A stretch of 63,969 nucleotides of DNA, filler included, from Ionaspis alba (lineage: Eukaryota): NCBI GenBank assembly GCA_964255285.1. It is 3 parts of 3 records of this genome, joined end to end, with 100 filler letters (N's around TTAATTAATTAA, not from the genome) between each part and the next. Parts side by side here need not be neighbours in the genome. Positions count along the whole stretch, not along the records: positions 47,981 to 63,969 come from CAXUUL010000355.1; 2 more parts are not named here. One strand, 5' to 3'. Below the pieces are notes generated by a model. It made no database searches and was not told the origin of the DNA. It saw only the letters and a program-made list of their open reading frames with translations. Within the stretch, counting starts at the first letter, position 1, and each line of letters starts with the position of its first letter. The position numbers and the translations under genes are program-made. Shown here in pieces: positions 50,425 through 63,969 of the stretch.

Positions 50425-50935
50425 ATGGCCTCCGAATCCCCAGAAGGTCGCCAAGATCTCGCCGATTCCGCCTTCAACATTCCCACCGACAGTGAGAATT
50501 ACTCTGCCAGCAATGAACGCTCTCCTTCTCCGCCTTCCTCCTCGAGCTCTCCTTTAATTCTCTATTCTCCCCCAACGATATGGGGCCTGCTACGAGGAGC
50601 TGCTATCAACCTTCTGCTACCTTTCATTAATGGATTGATGTTGGGGTTCGGAGAGCTTCTGGCACATGAAGCGGCATTCAGGTTAGGGTGGTCAGGGACA
50701 AAGGTATGCGTGCCTTCTTGGATATCACACTCTTGGGGGTGCAAAAGAGCCTTGTCTTTTATCTCGACTCGGGCAACCACCTTGAGTGCAGAACCGGGAC
50801 GCTGATGAGAACATTTAGATATTTCCAAACGGCCGTTCATCACGGTCAATTGGACCAGGTATCGAGTTACAAGATGACCCAACAGAAAGGAAGCGGAGGG
50901 AAGGGGATCTAGACGATTTGACGAGCTTGGAGTGA
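50425..50935 (+). CDS. MIM1: Mitochondrial import protein Mim1/Tom13
   Basis: GAAINLLLPFINGLMLGFGELLAHE; intron 50704-50818; stop 50933-50935. Confidence 0.92.
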
Positions 50936-51379
50936 TGAGGAAGAGCTACGGATCAAGTGGAGCAAGACTGAATGATCGAAACCATTGTAGATATTTTATT
51001 GGTGTGACTGGCGTTCCACGGGCTTATGGAACTGGATGCATAGAGGAGAAAAATTCCCATAGACACTCAGCGCGAGGAACTTCAAGCATCATTTCCCCGA
51101 CATTGGCGTCAAGCATTTGAGGTGTCTTCGACAGACCCCGGCGTGAGAAGAGATAGTCTATAGTTGCAGAGCAATGTAGAGTATAGCCAGCGAGCTTTTT
51201 AGGAGGCTGCTTCCAGTACACAACGACATGGTGCCTTGTGCAGTGTTTCTTGGGTATATGAAAAGTGACTGTTGACTTCATGCCATCTACGCCAAGACAT
51301 TTTTTTGGTTCGGTTCAACTTGCCCGCGTTTTGGATTGACATCTTCGTCTCGTTGCATATCTCCATCTTAGGCCTCACA

Positions 51380-52960
51380 ATGCTGTCCAGTAGAGGTGTG
51401 AGGCTCTCATACCGTGCTTTACACAATGGTAAAGGCAGACCAGTGGCCGTCCTAGGCTCAATCAGACACGTACATATCATCCCACCCGTTCGAAACTCAC
51501 TACTGACATTGTCTTCCAGCTCTCCTCGCGACCACGTACAATAGACGCACGGAGCCTGAGGAGCACTCCAAATGCGCTTGGTCCCGGACCGATCTGGAGA
51601 TTGCCAACTATCCTCGCGCAACTCCCACGGCGTTATGCCTCTACGACTCCGCCTCCAGCTACCATCCCCCCTAATGCACAACCCCTAAATGAAGCTCCCC
51701 TATCCGCAGACGACTGGAGCACTTCCCTCGACAACCTGGCTGCATCAAACTTCCCACCACTAATAGAGCACATCGGCTATCTCAAACAGCTGGGGCTCGA
51801 CTACGGCTGGGGCCCAACAGCGCTCATCGAGACCCTGCTAGAATACGTTCACATCTACTCCGGCACACCATGGTGGGGCACTATCCTTCTCACTGCACTT
51901 TTCGTTCGTGTAGTTCTTTTCCGTTTCAACGTGATAGCCTCCGACCAATCAGTCAAGCTTGCGGTACTCGAGCCCTCGATCGGACCCATCCGCCAGCGTA
52001 TGAACGAGGCCAAGAAGGCGCAAAACCAGCCAGAGATGATGCTTGCGTTGGGCGAATTGAGAAAGGTATATGGTGCTGCGGGATTCAGCTTTCTCAAAAT
52101 GACTGGCCCCTTCCTTCAAATTCCACTGGGATTTGGCACTTTCAGACTTATGAGGGGTATGGCCGACTTGCCTGTGCCGGGATTGGATACTGGGGGCTTT
52201 TTGTGGCTGCAGGATCTTACAATATCGGACCCGTACTTTATTCTGCCGATAATGACGGCTGCGGCGTTTCATATCTCGGTCAAGGTGTGTAATCTTCAGT
52301 ACCTTAATTGCTGCACTATTCTCGTTATATACTCCTCTATTTGCATTTATATCAAAGATGATTTTGCAAAGAATCGCCGCGATACTATTCGAGAATCGAA
52401 ATCAATGTACAAATGCCCCAATAACACTTCCACAGGCAGGAGGAGAATTGGGCATGTCCGCCAAATCAACGAGCCAGGCCCTACGAGCGACAATGTTGTA
52501 CGGTATCCCCACCTTCACTCTCGCCATCATGCTCTTCATGCCTGCATGCCTCCAATTGACCTTCGGCTTCACTTCCATCTTCGGCCTTGCCCAGGGGCGT
52601 CTACTACGATGGGGCCCGTTCCGGCAATGGCTTGGCATAACTCCTATTCCTCCCAAACCTAAGCCGTCTCCGAACCCCGGAACACCTTATGAAGGGACGC
52701 TGAGTAAGTATGATGCACTCTCTACTGCTGCGGCGTTAGAGAAGAAAAGTATCTTGGGTGGTGCGATCTCGGATATCAAGGGTGCCGCGTCCGGGGCTGT
52801 GAAATCGGCGAAAGAGACTATGGAGTCGAGGAAGCCGACGACGAGGTTGACGCCTGCAGAGTTGAGGAGGGCGAAGGCTTATGAGGAGCGAAGGAAACGG
52901 GAGATTGAGCAGGAGAAGTATGAGGCTGACCAGAGGAGGATGGAAAGGAAGAGAAGGTAG
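51380..52960 (+). CDS. OXA1: Mitochondrial inner-membrane insertase Oxa1 (YidC family), 2 introns
   Basis: EHIGYLKQLGLDYGWGPT, H..SG.PWW, QIPLGFG.FR..RGMA.LPVPGL..GG.LW..DLT..DPY; basic coiled-coil tail. Confidence 0.92.
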
Positions 52961-53240
52961 AGCTTTGTAAGATAAGATCTAGCGGAGAATTCACTCAGGA
53001 TGGGGTGTTTAGAACAGGCATCTCCTTTCACGTGCCCTTCTACCTACATGTTTCGACTCGTTCAGTACCAACACTGAACAGATGGTAAGAGATGGCGAGC
53101 GCTTAATGTATAATTGACATCTTAGACTTTTTTAAGACGACATACCAGACATCTCTATGAGTAACCTATATACAGTCACCATTGGAGCTATGCTATAGAG
53201 CTCCGAGGCCACACTACGTCCATTATGGCCATCTATCTTC

Positions 53241-55682
53241 CTATGACACTTCTCCGTTCCCATAAAGTTTGGCGTACTTTCCTAGCGCCATGATAGGGAA
53301 GATATATTTGTAGTTCGGGTATGAAATCATGCTAGAAAACCAATTAGCCCCTTTCCCTATTGCCCATTCCTGGCACATGTGAAGAACAGAGCCTGCAAAT
53401 GAATGCATCAAATACTCACCAGCTCTTATTGAAAACTCCCTCAATCCCCTCCTGCGCCCACCCGCCATTCTGCAATTGCCTCCCCATCACAAGCCTTATC
53501 CCCTTCTCAATCACCTCCCTATCCGGAAACCCCACCTCCATCAGTCCCAGCAGCGCCCAACAAGTCTGCACGACCTGGCTGCGCTCATGATGCACATACT
53601 GCCCCGTCTCGCAACTCTTATAGCTCTCTCCCCATCCACCGTCCGGCATCTGCTTACTCAGAAAAAACTCACATCCCTTCCGCACCTTTTCGCTATTCGC
53701 ATAAGTCTCCCCTATCGACGCCAGCGATTCTAGCGCAAACATGCCCGCATACGTGAAGCAGATTCCCCAGCTCCCATACCAGGAACCATCAGCACGCTGC
53801 GCCTTTCGGATATAGCGGAGAGCAGCTTCTTTCGACTTGGCGATTTCGTCCTTCCGGTACTCGGCATCGTGTGTTGAGAACAGAGAGAATGCAGTGACGA
53901 CTGCAGTCGTGCATTCGGGGTAGTCGTATTCGATCATGATACGTCCGAAGACCTCGGCTGCGTTGAGGTATTCGAGGTATTCGGAGCCACGGGTCGGCTC
54001 GTAGGAGGAGAACCCACCGGATGCATTTTGCATTGTGAGAAGGGTGTCGATGGCGTCGCGGAAGCGGTCGTTGGAGACGAGCGTGGGATAGCCGGGGATG
54101 CGTTGGAGCTGGATGATGGACTTCATGGCTTCGCTGGTGCAATCGCTGAGGGTGTATCCCTGCTCACGAGTACTGAAGGCCCAGGCGCCTTTTCGTCTTT
54201 GGCGGTAGCAGAGGTCTTGATCGCGGCAGTTCTCGCGGATTTGCTGGTCATCGAGGAATTCGAGGGCTTTGGTGAGCATGGGTCGCCATTTGGGATCTTC
54301 GGCTAGTCCGGCGGTCATGACTGCTTGGATCAGGAACGCCGTGTCCCATACTTGGACGCCGTTGGTGCCGTTCACGAGCATGCCTTCGTCTTTCATCCAG
54401 AGAAATTCTTGGAGGCGCTCGCGATGACGTTTAACGGAATAGCTGTCTGGACCGTCGTGAATATAGCAGGCGAGAAGGTTCATTGGAGCATTGACCGGTG
54501 CGAGGTCAGCGAAGTCCGAATTCTCATCTTCGTATTGGATTAATTTGAAGGTCCAGTCCTCCGCACGTTTGATGATAGCCTTGGTCCGTAGGAAAGGCAT
54601 CCAGATCTTGGCTAGAATCCACATGAGGATGACGAGCACGAAGCTTTTGGCATGATAATTGTCGCGTGGAGATATCGTGTTTCGATGAGAAGCGAACGAT
54701 ATCGAGGAGTACGGTTGTGTGTAGAGCTCTTCCCGCAACGAACGCGTCAAAGGAGTAGATCGAAAAACGAATCTTCGAGAATAGACAAAGCTCATCGGCA
54801 GGAAAACCATACGCATATGAATCCACCATCGCCATGGAGCAATAGGAACCCAATCCGGAAGCAGCCTGTACCATAGACTCAGCTTCCCTTACGTCAAATT
54901 CTTTGAGAATTGCTTACCACAGCTCTGGCGGCACAGGATTAACAGCCTCCCACTCCATGACCCCCAGCACACTCAACCAGAACTTCGCCCAATGCGGACC
55001 ATGTATGGCACCTCCAAGCCCATGTAACATGCCTCTCGCTTTCACCATTCTAGGGTCTTCTTCACTAGCCCCCAGAATTCTTAGAACCACGTAGTTCATG
55101 GCCGTGCCAAACACAGAGCTCTCCCCTTCGATATGGAGGCCCCACCCTCCATCCTCCTTGTTCTGTCTTGCGAACAGATACCGCTTGATTTCTGTGGCGA
55201 CGGGCGTTGGAATTGGCGTCTCGGTCACATACCATGTTATGACCACGCCCGGGAGCAGGAACATGGGCCCGCCATACTCGCAGGCCCAGTTCCCTGGTGG
55301 GAGTTGGAGGCGGGAGAAGAATGAGAGCGCATTCTGCACGGAGTCCAGAGGTGTCTTAGCTTTGGGTAGAGAGGGCACGTTCTAGGCTGCTGGTCAGTAT
55401 TACGACTGAGCAGATTTCTAGAGATGCTGGAGGGAGAACAGCCAGACGCTTGTGGCTTACTATTGGGAGACCAAGGAAATATTTATCCGCGAGGGTTTGA
55501 GGCCATGCTTCAACCTCTGCGTCGGACGAGAGGTAGTGCCAGGTGTGTCTACCTCCCTCGTCTAACAGTCTCCACCGCCTGAAATCCGTGGTGGGGTCAA
55601 CGGCATCAACGGCAGCGTTCGTGGTGCCATTGGGCTTGTTTTCTTTGACCGCGCGCATGGGCGTCTGGCGGGTTGCTGCCAT
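53241..55682 (-). CDS. ERG7: Oxidosqualene cyclase / lanosterol synthase, 3 introns
   Basis: GNWACEYGGPMFL, DGGWGLHIEG, catalytic SDCTSE, QW repeats (DGSWYGSWGICFTY, DGGWGESY), IEGVFNKSCMISYPNYK. Confidence 0.96.
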
Positions 55683-56028
55683 TGACTTTGGAGGTGTGAG
55701 TCTTTTAAAGTTCCAAGTCACGGTATCGGCATTTCAGCCATCACAGATAGCGAGGACGTAGAATGCGCGCTATTGAAAGAAGCTGTCAATTTTTGACGCC
55801 TGGTTGCGGAAGGCTTACCAGTCGAAAAGACGCGGAGGATGTGAGTACACATTTCCTTGACTTCTACGATTTCCATGAAATATGGTTGACTTGAGAGAAC
55901 ATCCGTGAGATTCAATACGAAGACCAGATATACAAATATATATACCTCATAAATTGCAGAATAAATCCATCTCTAAACTCCTTCCCTTTCCTATTTATCA
56001 AAACCTCCTTTCCCCATATTCACAACAA

Positions 56029-59000
56029 TCACCGCCCAGCCATCCTCTTCCAAAGCGATCTCTTCTTCACCCCACCGCCCCCATAATTCTCCTCCTCAAT
56101 ATTATGTTTCCCAACAATAGACAAGAAAACCTGATCCAGCGTCGTCTGACTAACGCTATAATACTCAAAACCCATGTCATGTTTCTGCGTTTCCAAAGCC
56201 GAAAAAAGAGCCGCAATACCACTCTTGCTTGTCTCATCGCTGGCGTGCAAGGNNNNNNNNNNNNNNNNNNNNNNNNNNNNNNNNNNNNNNNNNNNNNNNN
56301 NNNNNNNNNNNNNNNNNNNNNNNNNNNNNNNNNNNNNNNNNNNNNNNNNNNNGCCGAAAAAAGAGCCGCAATACCACTCTTGCTTGTCTCATCGCTGGCG
56401 TGCAAGGTTTCCCCATCTCGCGAGATAGGCATCTCATCACGGTTGTTGATCGTTGAAACCGGGCTTACCGGTGCCATCGACCCGTCGGTGAGGCGAGAGA
56501 GCGAGTGAGCGGGCACGCTGAATCTAATTTGCCCGTGGAAAGCCTTCTCCTCGGTCACAGCACCAGGAAATGTCTTGGCAATCCAGGTTTTGACAGTCTC
56601 CGTCTCTTCGACCGCGGTGTAAGGCGCCGACCTCATGAGAAGATGAACGTGGTAGCGGTCGCCATGCTTCCTGCGCAAGTAATCGCTAGACCCAAGTGCG
56701 AGCATCTTCTTTGCCATGATACCGGCTCTGTTAGCTAGCGCGTCTGCTTCTTCCATGCTGTGGGTAGTCAGGACGATGGAGCGACCGGTGACGACTGAGG
56801 CAAGTGTCTTCCACATTACTCGCTTGGCAGCAACGTCCATGCCAGACGAAGGCTCGTCAAGGAGGAGCACAGTAGGATTTCCCATGAGTGCTATGCCGAG
56901 AGACAGCTTGCGCTTATTACCACCACTAAGCTTTGCAGCCATGCGAGTCTGGAAAGCCTCGAGTCCAACAGCTTGAATGACTTGCTTGACATTGTGCTCC
57001 ACCTCTTTGACTCCTCGAATTCTAGCATAGAAGCGGAGATGTTCTATCGTTGTCATGGCGTCCATGGCGTCGAATTGAGGACATACACCTAGATGTTGAC
57101 GTGCTTGGGCCCGTTTCTTGCCGATGGGAATGTTCTCGATGAAGACTTCACCGCCATTATTGGAGGGCCTGAGATCACCACGAATGACACTGATAGTCGT
57201 AGACTTTCCAGCACCATTGGGACCTAGGAGTGCAAAAACTTCGCCTCGCTTCACACCGAAGCTGATGTCTTCGACGGCAATGACCTTGCCATACGCCTTC
57301 GTAATGTGAAGAACGCGGAGTCCGTCATCGGTAACCGTATTCACTCTGGTCAGCTCTTTCCCAATTTCCTCCTCATACGAGTCCACGATCTCCTCATGAT
57401 CCTTGGTTCGGAATGTCTTTCGACGGAAGAAGCTGCCCAAGCTGGATTTGCTATCCCACCATACCAGAAAAACGAACAGAACGAAGCTTTGTATAATCAA
57501 ATAGAGAATTGGGCATCCGTAAAGCGTCATAGCACCAGGATAAGAAGCGAGTACTTTGTCGTTGCAGGCGACAGAAAATATGTTGAGAGAGATAAACAAA
57601 GCTCGTATAAGATTAGCGGCAGGAAAGAACAACGCAATACTATAATTGACTGCAAGAAGCGAAGAGTCGATTTTATCAACGGGGGCTAGATTAGAAATGT
57701 ATATCAGCAGTGCTCCAAATTAGTCTGGGCTGGGAGAATTACCATATGTAAGGGTACTAAGGTAGGCAATAATATACAATAAGAACATCACAGCGGAAGT
57801 GCCTGCTGCGAAGGCGAAAGCCGCGAGCTGATGGTGTCAGTAAAGCTTTTAGGATCGGACGCAGAGATTGATATACCTGAGACTTTGCGAAGAGTGAGAC
57901 AACATAAGCACCAAGTGTCGAAGTAAGTCCATATAGCATGAACACGACGAAGAGGTATCCTAGGCCAAACCATACTTTGCTGACAGCTTGAAGAATGATG
58001 ATGGAAACCACAGTGGCTCCTAAAACGAAGAGAAAGTCCCAAGAAATGTATGCAAGCCAGAGTGGAAGAGCGCGCACACCGTTGCTATAGTGGAGAGCCC
58101 TAACATTTCTCAGTCGCTCGACGCAAGGGTACAATGCGAAGAAGCTAGGGAATATCGCCAGTGCTAGTCCAAGGTATACGACAAACTGTAGTGTATTGCC
58201 TGAGCAGCCAGATGTCAGCTATCGGTACTTTCCCTGGTAGGATAGTTGAGGAAAGCCATACCCTGATCAGCCTGCCACGGGATATCAAACTGCTGATACT
58301 GCGAAGCAATCGTAATATTCGACAACAAGACATCCATCGCATTCTGGACAATAGTAGACACTGCAATATTGGTATTGCCCTTATACGCGAATGTCGGCGG
58401 AGAGTTCGCATCGCCCAAGTAGAAACCACCGGGCGTCACGTTGTGGTAGTTTTGGGTGATGTAGGCATTGAAATCCGCGAGGCTGTCCACTCTATGCAAA
58501 GATTTCGCAAGTGATGAAATACCTCCAGAGCCTCCTGTCGAAGACGCGCCTCCGGGTAGAGATGCTATGAAATGACTGATGCTGCTAGGGGAGAGTTTCG
58601 AGGAGGGGCCGACTACTAGGTCGTACTCGACCTGGCTGAGTAGTGACGAGATGTCTCCGGCGGATACTTGTTCTGTGGCGGGGGTTAGACCTTCTTCTTA
58701 TACCAAGAAGCGTGAGATCTCACCTGTTGGCGAGCATCCTGCACCTGCGAAGCCTTTCAAGAACAGCGTCACTGATGCTTGTCAGCAGCTATTTAAGATA
58801 ACGTCCGACTGTGTAAACACATACCTAGACCAGCAGCTATAATCGGTATGAAAAGAGCAGCAAGATTAGGCAAGGCATTTCTCCGAAAGACTGTGGCTCG
58901 TTTCCGAAACAGTACCCATCCCTGGCGGAAGAACCCTATCCTCTGGCCTGTGAGAAGCTGAAGTTCTTTATCAGACAAACCAGCATCAGACGCCTTCTCT

Positions 59001-61558
59001 TCAACCACAACATTGTCTTTCTCCAGGGTGGTCATCCCGACGTCCGATTTCGTCTTCGAGGACTGAGTCATTTCTTCCGAAATCTTCATAAAAGCATCTT
59101 CGATGGTAGGGCCTGAAATCTGATAATCCTTGAAGCCCTGCTCCTCAAGCTGGGCAAGTGCTTCCGTTGCTTTGGCCGAAGAAGTCATGATGTATTCGGT
59201 CTGGTCGAACATTTCTTTTCTCTCGACGCCTGCGATCACGGGCGAATGAGTGCTTCCGGGAGTCTTATAGAGATGAATGCGGTAGAACCCCATCGCGGCC
59301 TTAATTTCTGGTGCGGTTCCTGCTGTCTTGATAGCACCTTTGCTCATAATCGCGATGTAGTCCGAAAGTAGGTCCGCCTCGTCGAGGAAGTGCGTCGTGA
59401 AGATCAGAGTGCGGTTGGAACGACTTCTTTCCGCGAGCAAGATGTCCTGTAGACGTCTTCGTGCGAGTGCATCTACGCCGGAGCTGCACTCGTCTATCAA
59501 GCATACCCGCGACCCCCCAGTAAACATCATGCTTAGTTGAAGTTTTCCTAGACCAAGTCAGTCTTTGTTCGGAGTTCTGGGTTGAAGTACTTACTCATCT
59601 GCCCTCCTGACAACGAGCCTGCTCTGGCATCGATCTTTCTATCAAGGTCACAGGCCTTGATCAGCTCATGATTCTCTCCTTTAGTAGCAAGCTTCTCGGT
59701 AGCCTTTAGTCGATTGAAGATATAAACGTGCTCAGCGACTGTCAAGTCTCTCCATAAGACGTTCGACTGTGGGCAGAAACCTAGTCCATGTCTGAAGTCA
59801 ACGGCAATGGAACCACTTGTGACAGGCGTCAAGCCTGCGATTGCATCGAGTGTAGTCGATTTTCCGCTAGAGGAAAAATTTAGCGAATGTCAAGATTCAA
59901 TGAAGTCGTTCCTAAGCGTACCTGCCGTTGGCACCTAAGAGTACCATAATCTGTCCTGGTAGAACTTTGAGGGTCAAGTCATTGACCGCCTTCACAATCT
60001 CTTTTTTCTTCTTTCCAAACACTGGAGCAACACTGCGAGCGAACCAGCTTGGGTAGTAATATTTGCTGAACCCGACCATCTCAACCGCAGCATGAGAGCC
60101 TTCATCGGACAAAAGTCTGCGGCCACTGCTAGTAGTACCCCATAAGACTCTCTCCACGATAGCGCCGAGAACCGGATAGATCAGGATCTGAGCGATGAGA
60201 AAGATGAAAAGCACTATGCCAGATAATGACCAAGGATTGTCTGGAGCAGATTTGAGTAGGTTCGTGGCAGTGTCTTGCCTCTCCCATCTCGCCATCAGGA
60301 CGATGAAGTATGTGTAGTTCATCGACGGAAATAGCAAGCTAAGTACAGCAACTGCTCCAGTACTGGCTTCTGCAAGGACCTGAGCCAGCACAGCCAGCAA
60401 GAGGGAAACGATGACGATGGTGATCCCGCTCAATTGGGCTTTCTTGAAGAATGCCGCACCGAAGAGCGAGAACGATGCCAGAGCCAAGCCCTCAAGGATG
60501 TGCAGAACAAGGAGGACTCCAATGGACGTCCTGGCGAAGACACCCTTATTGAAGATGATTGCTATGACCACCCAGCCGGGAAGGTAGATGAGGGAGAAGG
60601 CGAAGTGATAACTCAGGAGCCGAGCTACTTGGGGTTGCCATCGTCGCAAATTCGGCATCATGCATTCGATCAATTGAGCCATTTGGCTCTCTCGCTCGGA
60701 TGCTTGAGCACCGACTTGCTGGTAGGCGATGCCACAGATAGCAATGAAGAATGCGACTCCGAGGATCTGGATGATGCCGTCCATATATCGTGTCCTGATA
60801 TTGGTATTCCTTTCGTCTTGAGAGCGAGAAGTGAAGGGATACTCAAAGACATCTGGCAGTCCCGACAGGCTGGTAGTCTTATTCGTAGCCACAATCGCAG
60901 AATCCAGAGCATGTTGCAGGGGCAAGGCATAGATCTCCGGATCGTTATCCACATCATGAACTTTGATCACTGTTCCCAAAGCCGTATCACCTCGAAGCGT
61001 ATAGTTCCAGATTCCTCCCTCGCCTTCCTCGGGCGAAGAGTGGAATACGACAGCGGCAATACAGAACGAGGCTCCACGAAGCGAACTTCGACATGTCGTG
61101 AGAAGCTCCTCTTCGTTCGGCAGAATCTTCACATCTTTCCCTCCGGCCGTAGCTACATCTGCGAGCTGGTTGACCACGGTATCAATCGCACCACCCGTGA
61201 GGCCATTGTTGACGAAAGCCAAGGTATGTCGTCCTCCGCTGACAGCTTGGAGGGCATTCTCAAGGGATCGAACTTGGTGAGCTTCGCCAATGCCGTAGAT
61301 TGAGGGAGGTATGAAGAGGTTCCGGGCGTAGGCTTTGAAAAGTTAGTACTCTCTTCAATTAATTGTACCGTAAAGTGACTTACACAAGAACTGTATATGT
61401 CAGCCAATTATCGCTTCCAATTGGAGTGAAAGAAGACCTACCCATCCAAAGATCACCGGCAGCAGGAACGCTCTCGCAGGAGTCGACCACGGATGTCGAA
61501 TCAACGCAATCAAGATATTCTTCCAAACCAGCGTCCTAATCTGTCTAAAGAGCAACAT
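56029..61558 (-). CDS. ABCA-subfamily full-size ABC transporter (two TMD-NBD halves), multi-exon
   Basis: LLGANGSGKST / LSGGQ / IDECSSGVD and LLGPNGAGKST / LSGGNKRKL / LLDEPSSGMD; C-terminal YSVSQTTLDQVFL; internal N gap is a 55-nt overlap artefact. Confidence 0.93.
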
Positions 61559-62460
61559 CGCCTCGACCGCCGCTGTGCAGTCTAGTCAATAAGGCTAACG
61601 GCTTTGCTGACTCGGCCCTCTCGACATCACGAAAAAGCGAAAGGAACGTCTGAATTACTCAAGACTTATGTGAGAAAGGAAGAACATGCATCTTCCACAG
61701 AAAAGGGAAGCCTACAATACACTATAGCCAAGCCGCGAAGGATGATAGAATGTCGCAGCAACCGTATTGCGTACGGGCATTACTGCGTTATTCGCACCGC
61801 AACCCATGCCGCGACCAATCGGGCTTCGGACCCTCTGGCCCCATTGTCGTAATCCTTTTACTTAGTGTATCTGCCAGATGGAACGCTAGAAGGCCTCGGT
61901 GGCTGGACTTCCCGATAGCTCGGCTCGCTTCGATTGTGCTGCCGTTCTAGTAGCACGTGATTTGCGGATATACATTTGTAGGAACGATCCGATTAGACGA
62001 GAGCGTATTGAAGCGTTCGACTGATTTTGCGTATTCAGCTGATTGTGGTGAAGAGCACGAGTGTTTAATCAAACAATCGAGATAAGTCTTTTGTCGGTTG
62101 TCCATTCAAATGGTTGTGGGAGTACGAGTACTGCGCCATTGAAAACTGGAGCAACGCTGTCTCGATACTAGGGAAGCACAAGAAATGTCCANNNNNNNNN
62201 NNNNNNNNNNNNNNNNNNNNNNNNNNNNNNNNNNNNNNNNNNNNNNNNNNNNNNNNNNNNNNNNNNNNNNNNNNNNNNNNNNNNNNNNNNNAACGCTGTC
62301 TCGATACTAGGGAAGCACAAGAAATGTCCAGGATTGTCGAATCCAAAAGCTGCATCTTTCAGCTAGCTTATCTCTAAAATAATATCTACAATGAATCAGA
62401 ACAAATATCGGATAGCTTCCATCAAAAGACACCAAGAAGCGAATCAAGATCCCCCAGCCC

Positions 62461-63877
62461 TCAAGACCTCCCTCCACCCACAATGGCATTCCAATTGACA
62501 TTCCCCTCTCGACACTCATTCGAGATCTCATTCCCCGTCTTCCTCAATATCAACCGCCCATCCCTCGACACAGAATACGTAACCGCGCCCGTCTCCCCAT
62601 TAAAAGGCACCGAGAAATGATTCACTCCCGCCGTCTGAGCACGAAGCGTACGGACCGGATTACTGCCAATCTGCACAGTGACATCGGCAGGCGCTTTGAC
62701 GAGAACCGACAGCGAGATGGCGTCCAAAGAGACCTGGGTAGGCGACGCCGGTGGCTGCCACGGCGCGTTACCGGCTGTGCCGCCAGTACTGCCAGAGGTA
62801 GAGGGATTGGGTTTGTGGGAGTAGACGATCTGGACGTGATCGATGACGGGGAGCGTGGTGTTTGCGCTCTTGTAAGCCGCGATGTAGTAAGGGAGGAGAT
62901 CGCGCCAGGAATCGTGCGGCATGTTTGCGACGTATTTCTCGGAGCCGGCGGGGAAGGTGTTTGGATGGAGGGGGCCGATGTAGTGGCTTTCGCCAAAGTC
63001 GTTCCAGGTCAGGATCTGGGAGTCGTTGGTCAGTCAGTCAGACGTACTTTGCTGAGTGGGAAGGTTGGCTGCTCTTCTCACCTCGACGAATTCGGGCTGC
63101 AGCTCGATGGCTGTTTGCCAGCGCTCGTGCCAGAGATTGTTGCCGCGCCAGAGGAAGTTCTTGTCGGGCATGTTGGTGTAGAACCAGGGAGAGATGCCCA
63201 TCATGTAGGCTTTGGTTCCGAGAATCTGCTGCCAGGCTTTGTCGTTGCTGGAGTCCATGTCGTTTGGACCCTCCGGCCAGACATCCCAGGATAAGGCGCC
63301 GTCGACGGCTGCGAAACTGCTTGGGGTTCCTTTCTTGCTGGTCCATTCTGGGACGAAGAAGATCCCGCCGGTGGCAGCTCGGATACTGGCTAGATCGCCT
63401 GCCTTGTCCGCGCCTTCGAAGGTAGAGACCAAGGGTAGATTGTTGTAACGGAATTGAGACTTGTGAGTCTTGTAGGTATTGATGTAGTCGGAGACATTAG
63501 AAGCCGTGAAGGGAGCCGAGGGGAAGCCGGCATTGGCCGCATAGTCGAAGGATAGGAACAGCTTGAAGTTGTCGGTGGCATCTGCGGCAGCATAGGCTAG
63601 ATCCAGCTGCTTCTGCATGTACTGGTCGCCTGCGATGTTGAGTGCGAAACCATCGATGCCTGCAGCGGAAGCCAGCTTGATGTCCGATGCCCAGTCCTCT
63701 GCTTTGAAAGTAGCGGCATTGCCGACCTAAGGAGGATATTCTATTAGTATGGAGGATTCATGGGGCGCTCAAGGCATCGCTTACAATGAAATGAGCAAAG
63801 ACCGATTTGGCCTGAGCCTGCATGACTGAGGAAGATAGTGCAGCGGCGATTGCCAATGCCGAGAAAATCAATTGCAT
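62461..63877 (-). CDS. Secreted GH71 alpha-1,3-glucanase (mutanase), 2 introns
   Basis: Signal peptide, KSVFAHFIVGN, GIDGFALN, KLFLSFDY, PLVSTFEG, YMMGISPWFYTN, ILTWNDFGESHYIGP, MPHDSWR, NWNAIVG. Confidence 0.93.
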
Positions 63878-63969
63878 TTTGATTGGAAAGGACTGTTGTT
63901 ATTCTGTGCTGAAAAGGACAGGACGAGCTCGAATCAATCGAAGCTCTATGTAACGCTTTGCGCTAGAAG

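Noticed and set aside
52285..52435. snoRNA in the longer OXA1 intron
   Set aside because: Weak C-box-like ATGATT only, no D box (CTGA) or terminal stem.
56198..56407. Apparent frameshift or duplication in the ABCA C-terminus
   Set aside because: Exact 55-nt overlap either side of an N gap; assembly artefact.
53241..61558. ERG7 plus ABC transporter as a triterpene biosynthetic cluster
   Set aside because: The cyclase sits among housekeeping genes with no P450s or transferases; primary sterol synthesis is the simpler explanation.

Overview
Eukaryotic, intron-rich DNA from a filamentous ascomycete (Pezizomycotina; a lichen or other metagenome-assembled genome is plausible but only inferred). 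The window is not one locus. Two N-TTAATTAATTAA-N spacers (23891-23990, 47881-47980) join three contigs artificially, and several 100-N gaps carry duplicated flanks. About 26 genes are recognisable, mostly housekeeping: ALDH3/HFD1-like, HAD hydrolase, leaderless pepsin, Mit1-like remodeler, MRM1, URA4, CCCH protein, RSM24, ALG13, CHORD-CS, PSF1, Vsb1-like SulP, PH-domain protein, cpcA/GCN4, UGO1, SHP1, MIM1, OXA1, ERG7, an ABCA transporter and a GH71. Most interesting signals: (1) a secreted precursor with acidic xAR|D repeats and dibasic sites releasing a 43-aa six-cysteine peptide, beside a pseudogene and a MITE-like relic; (2) a cpcA leader with two uORFs, a stop-free non-AUG N-terminal extension of about 260 codons, uORF1 in frame with the CDS, and Gcn4 sites; (3) an aldehyde dehydrogenase whose last intron decides whether it ends in peroxisomal SKL; (4) a possible poison exon in the HAD gene. 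Exon boundaries were read by eye and family names come from motif recognition, not database searches.
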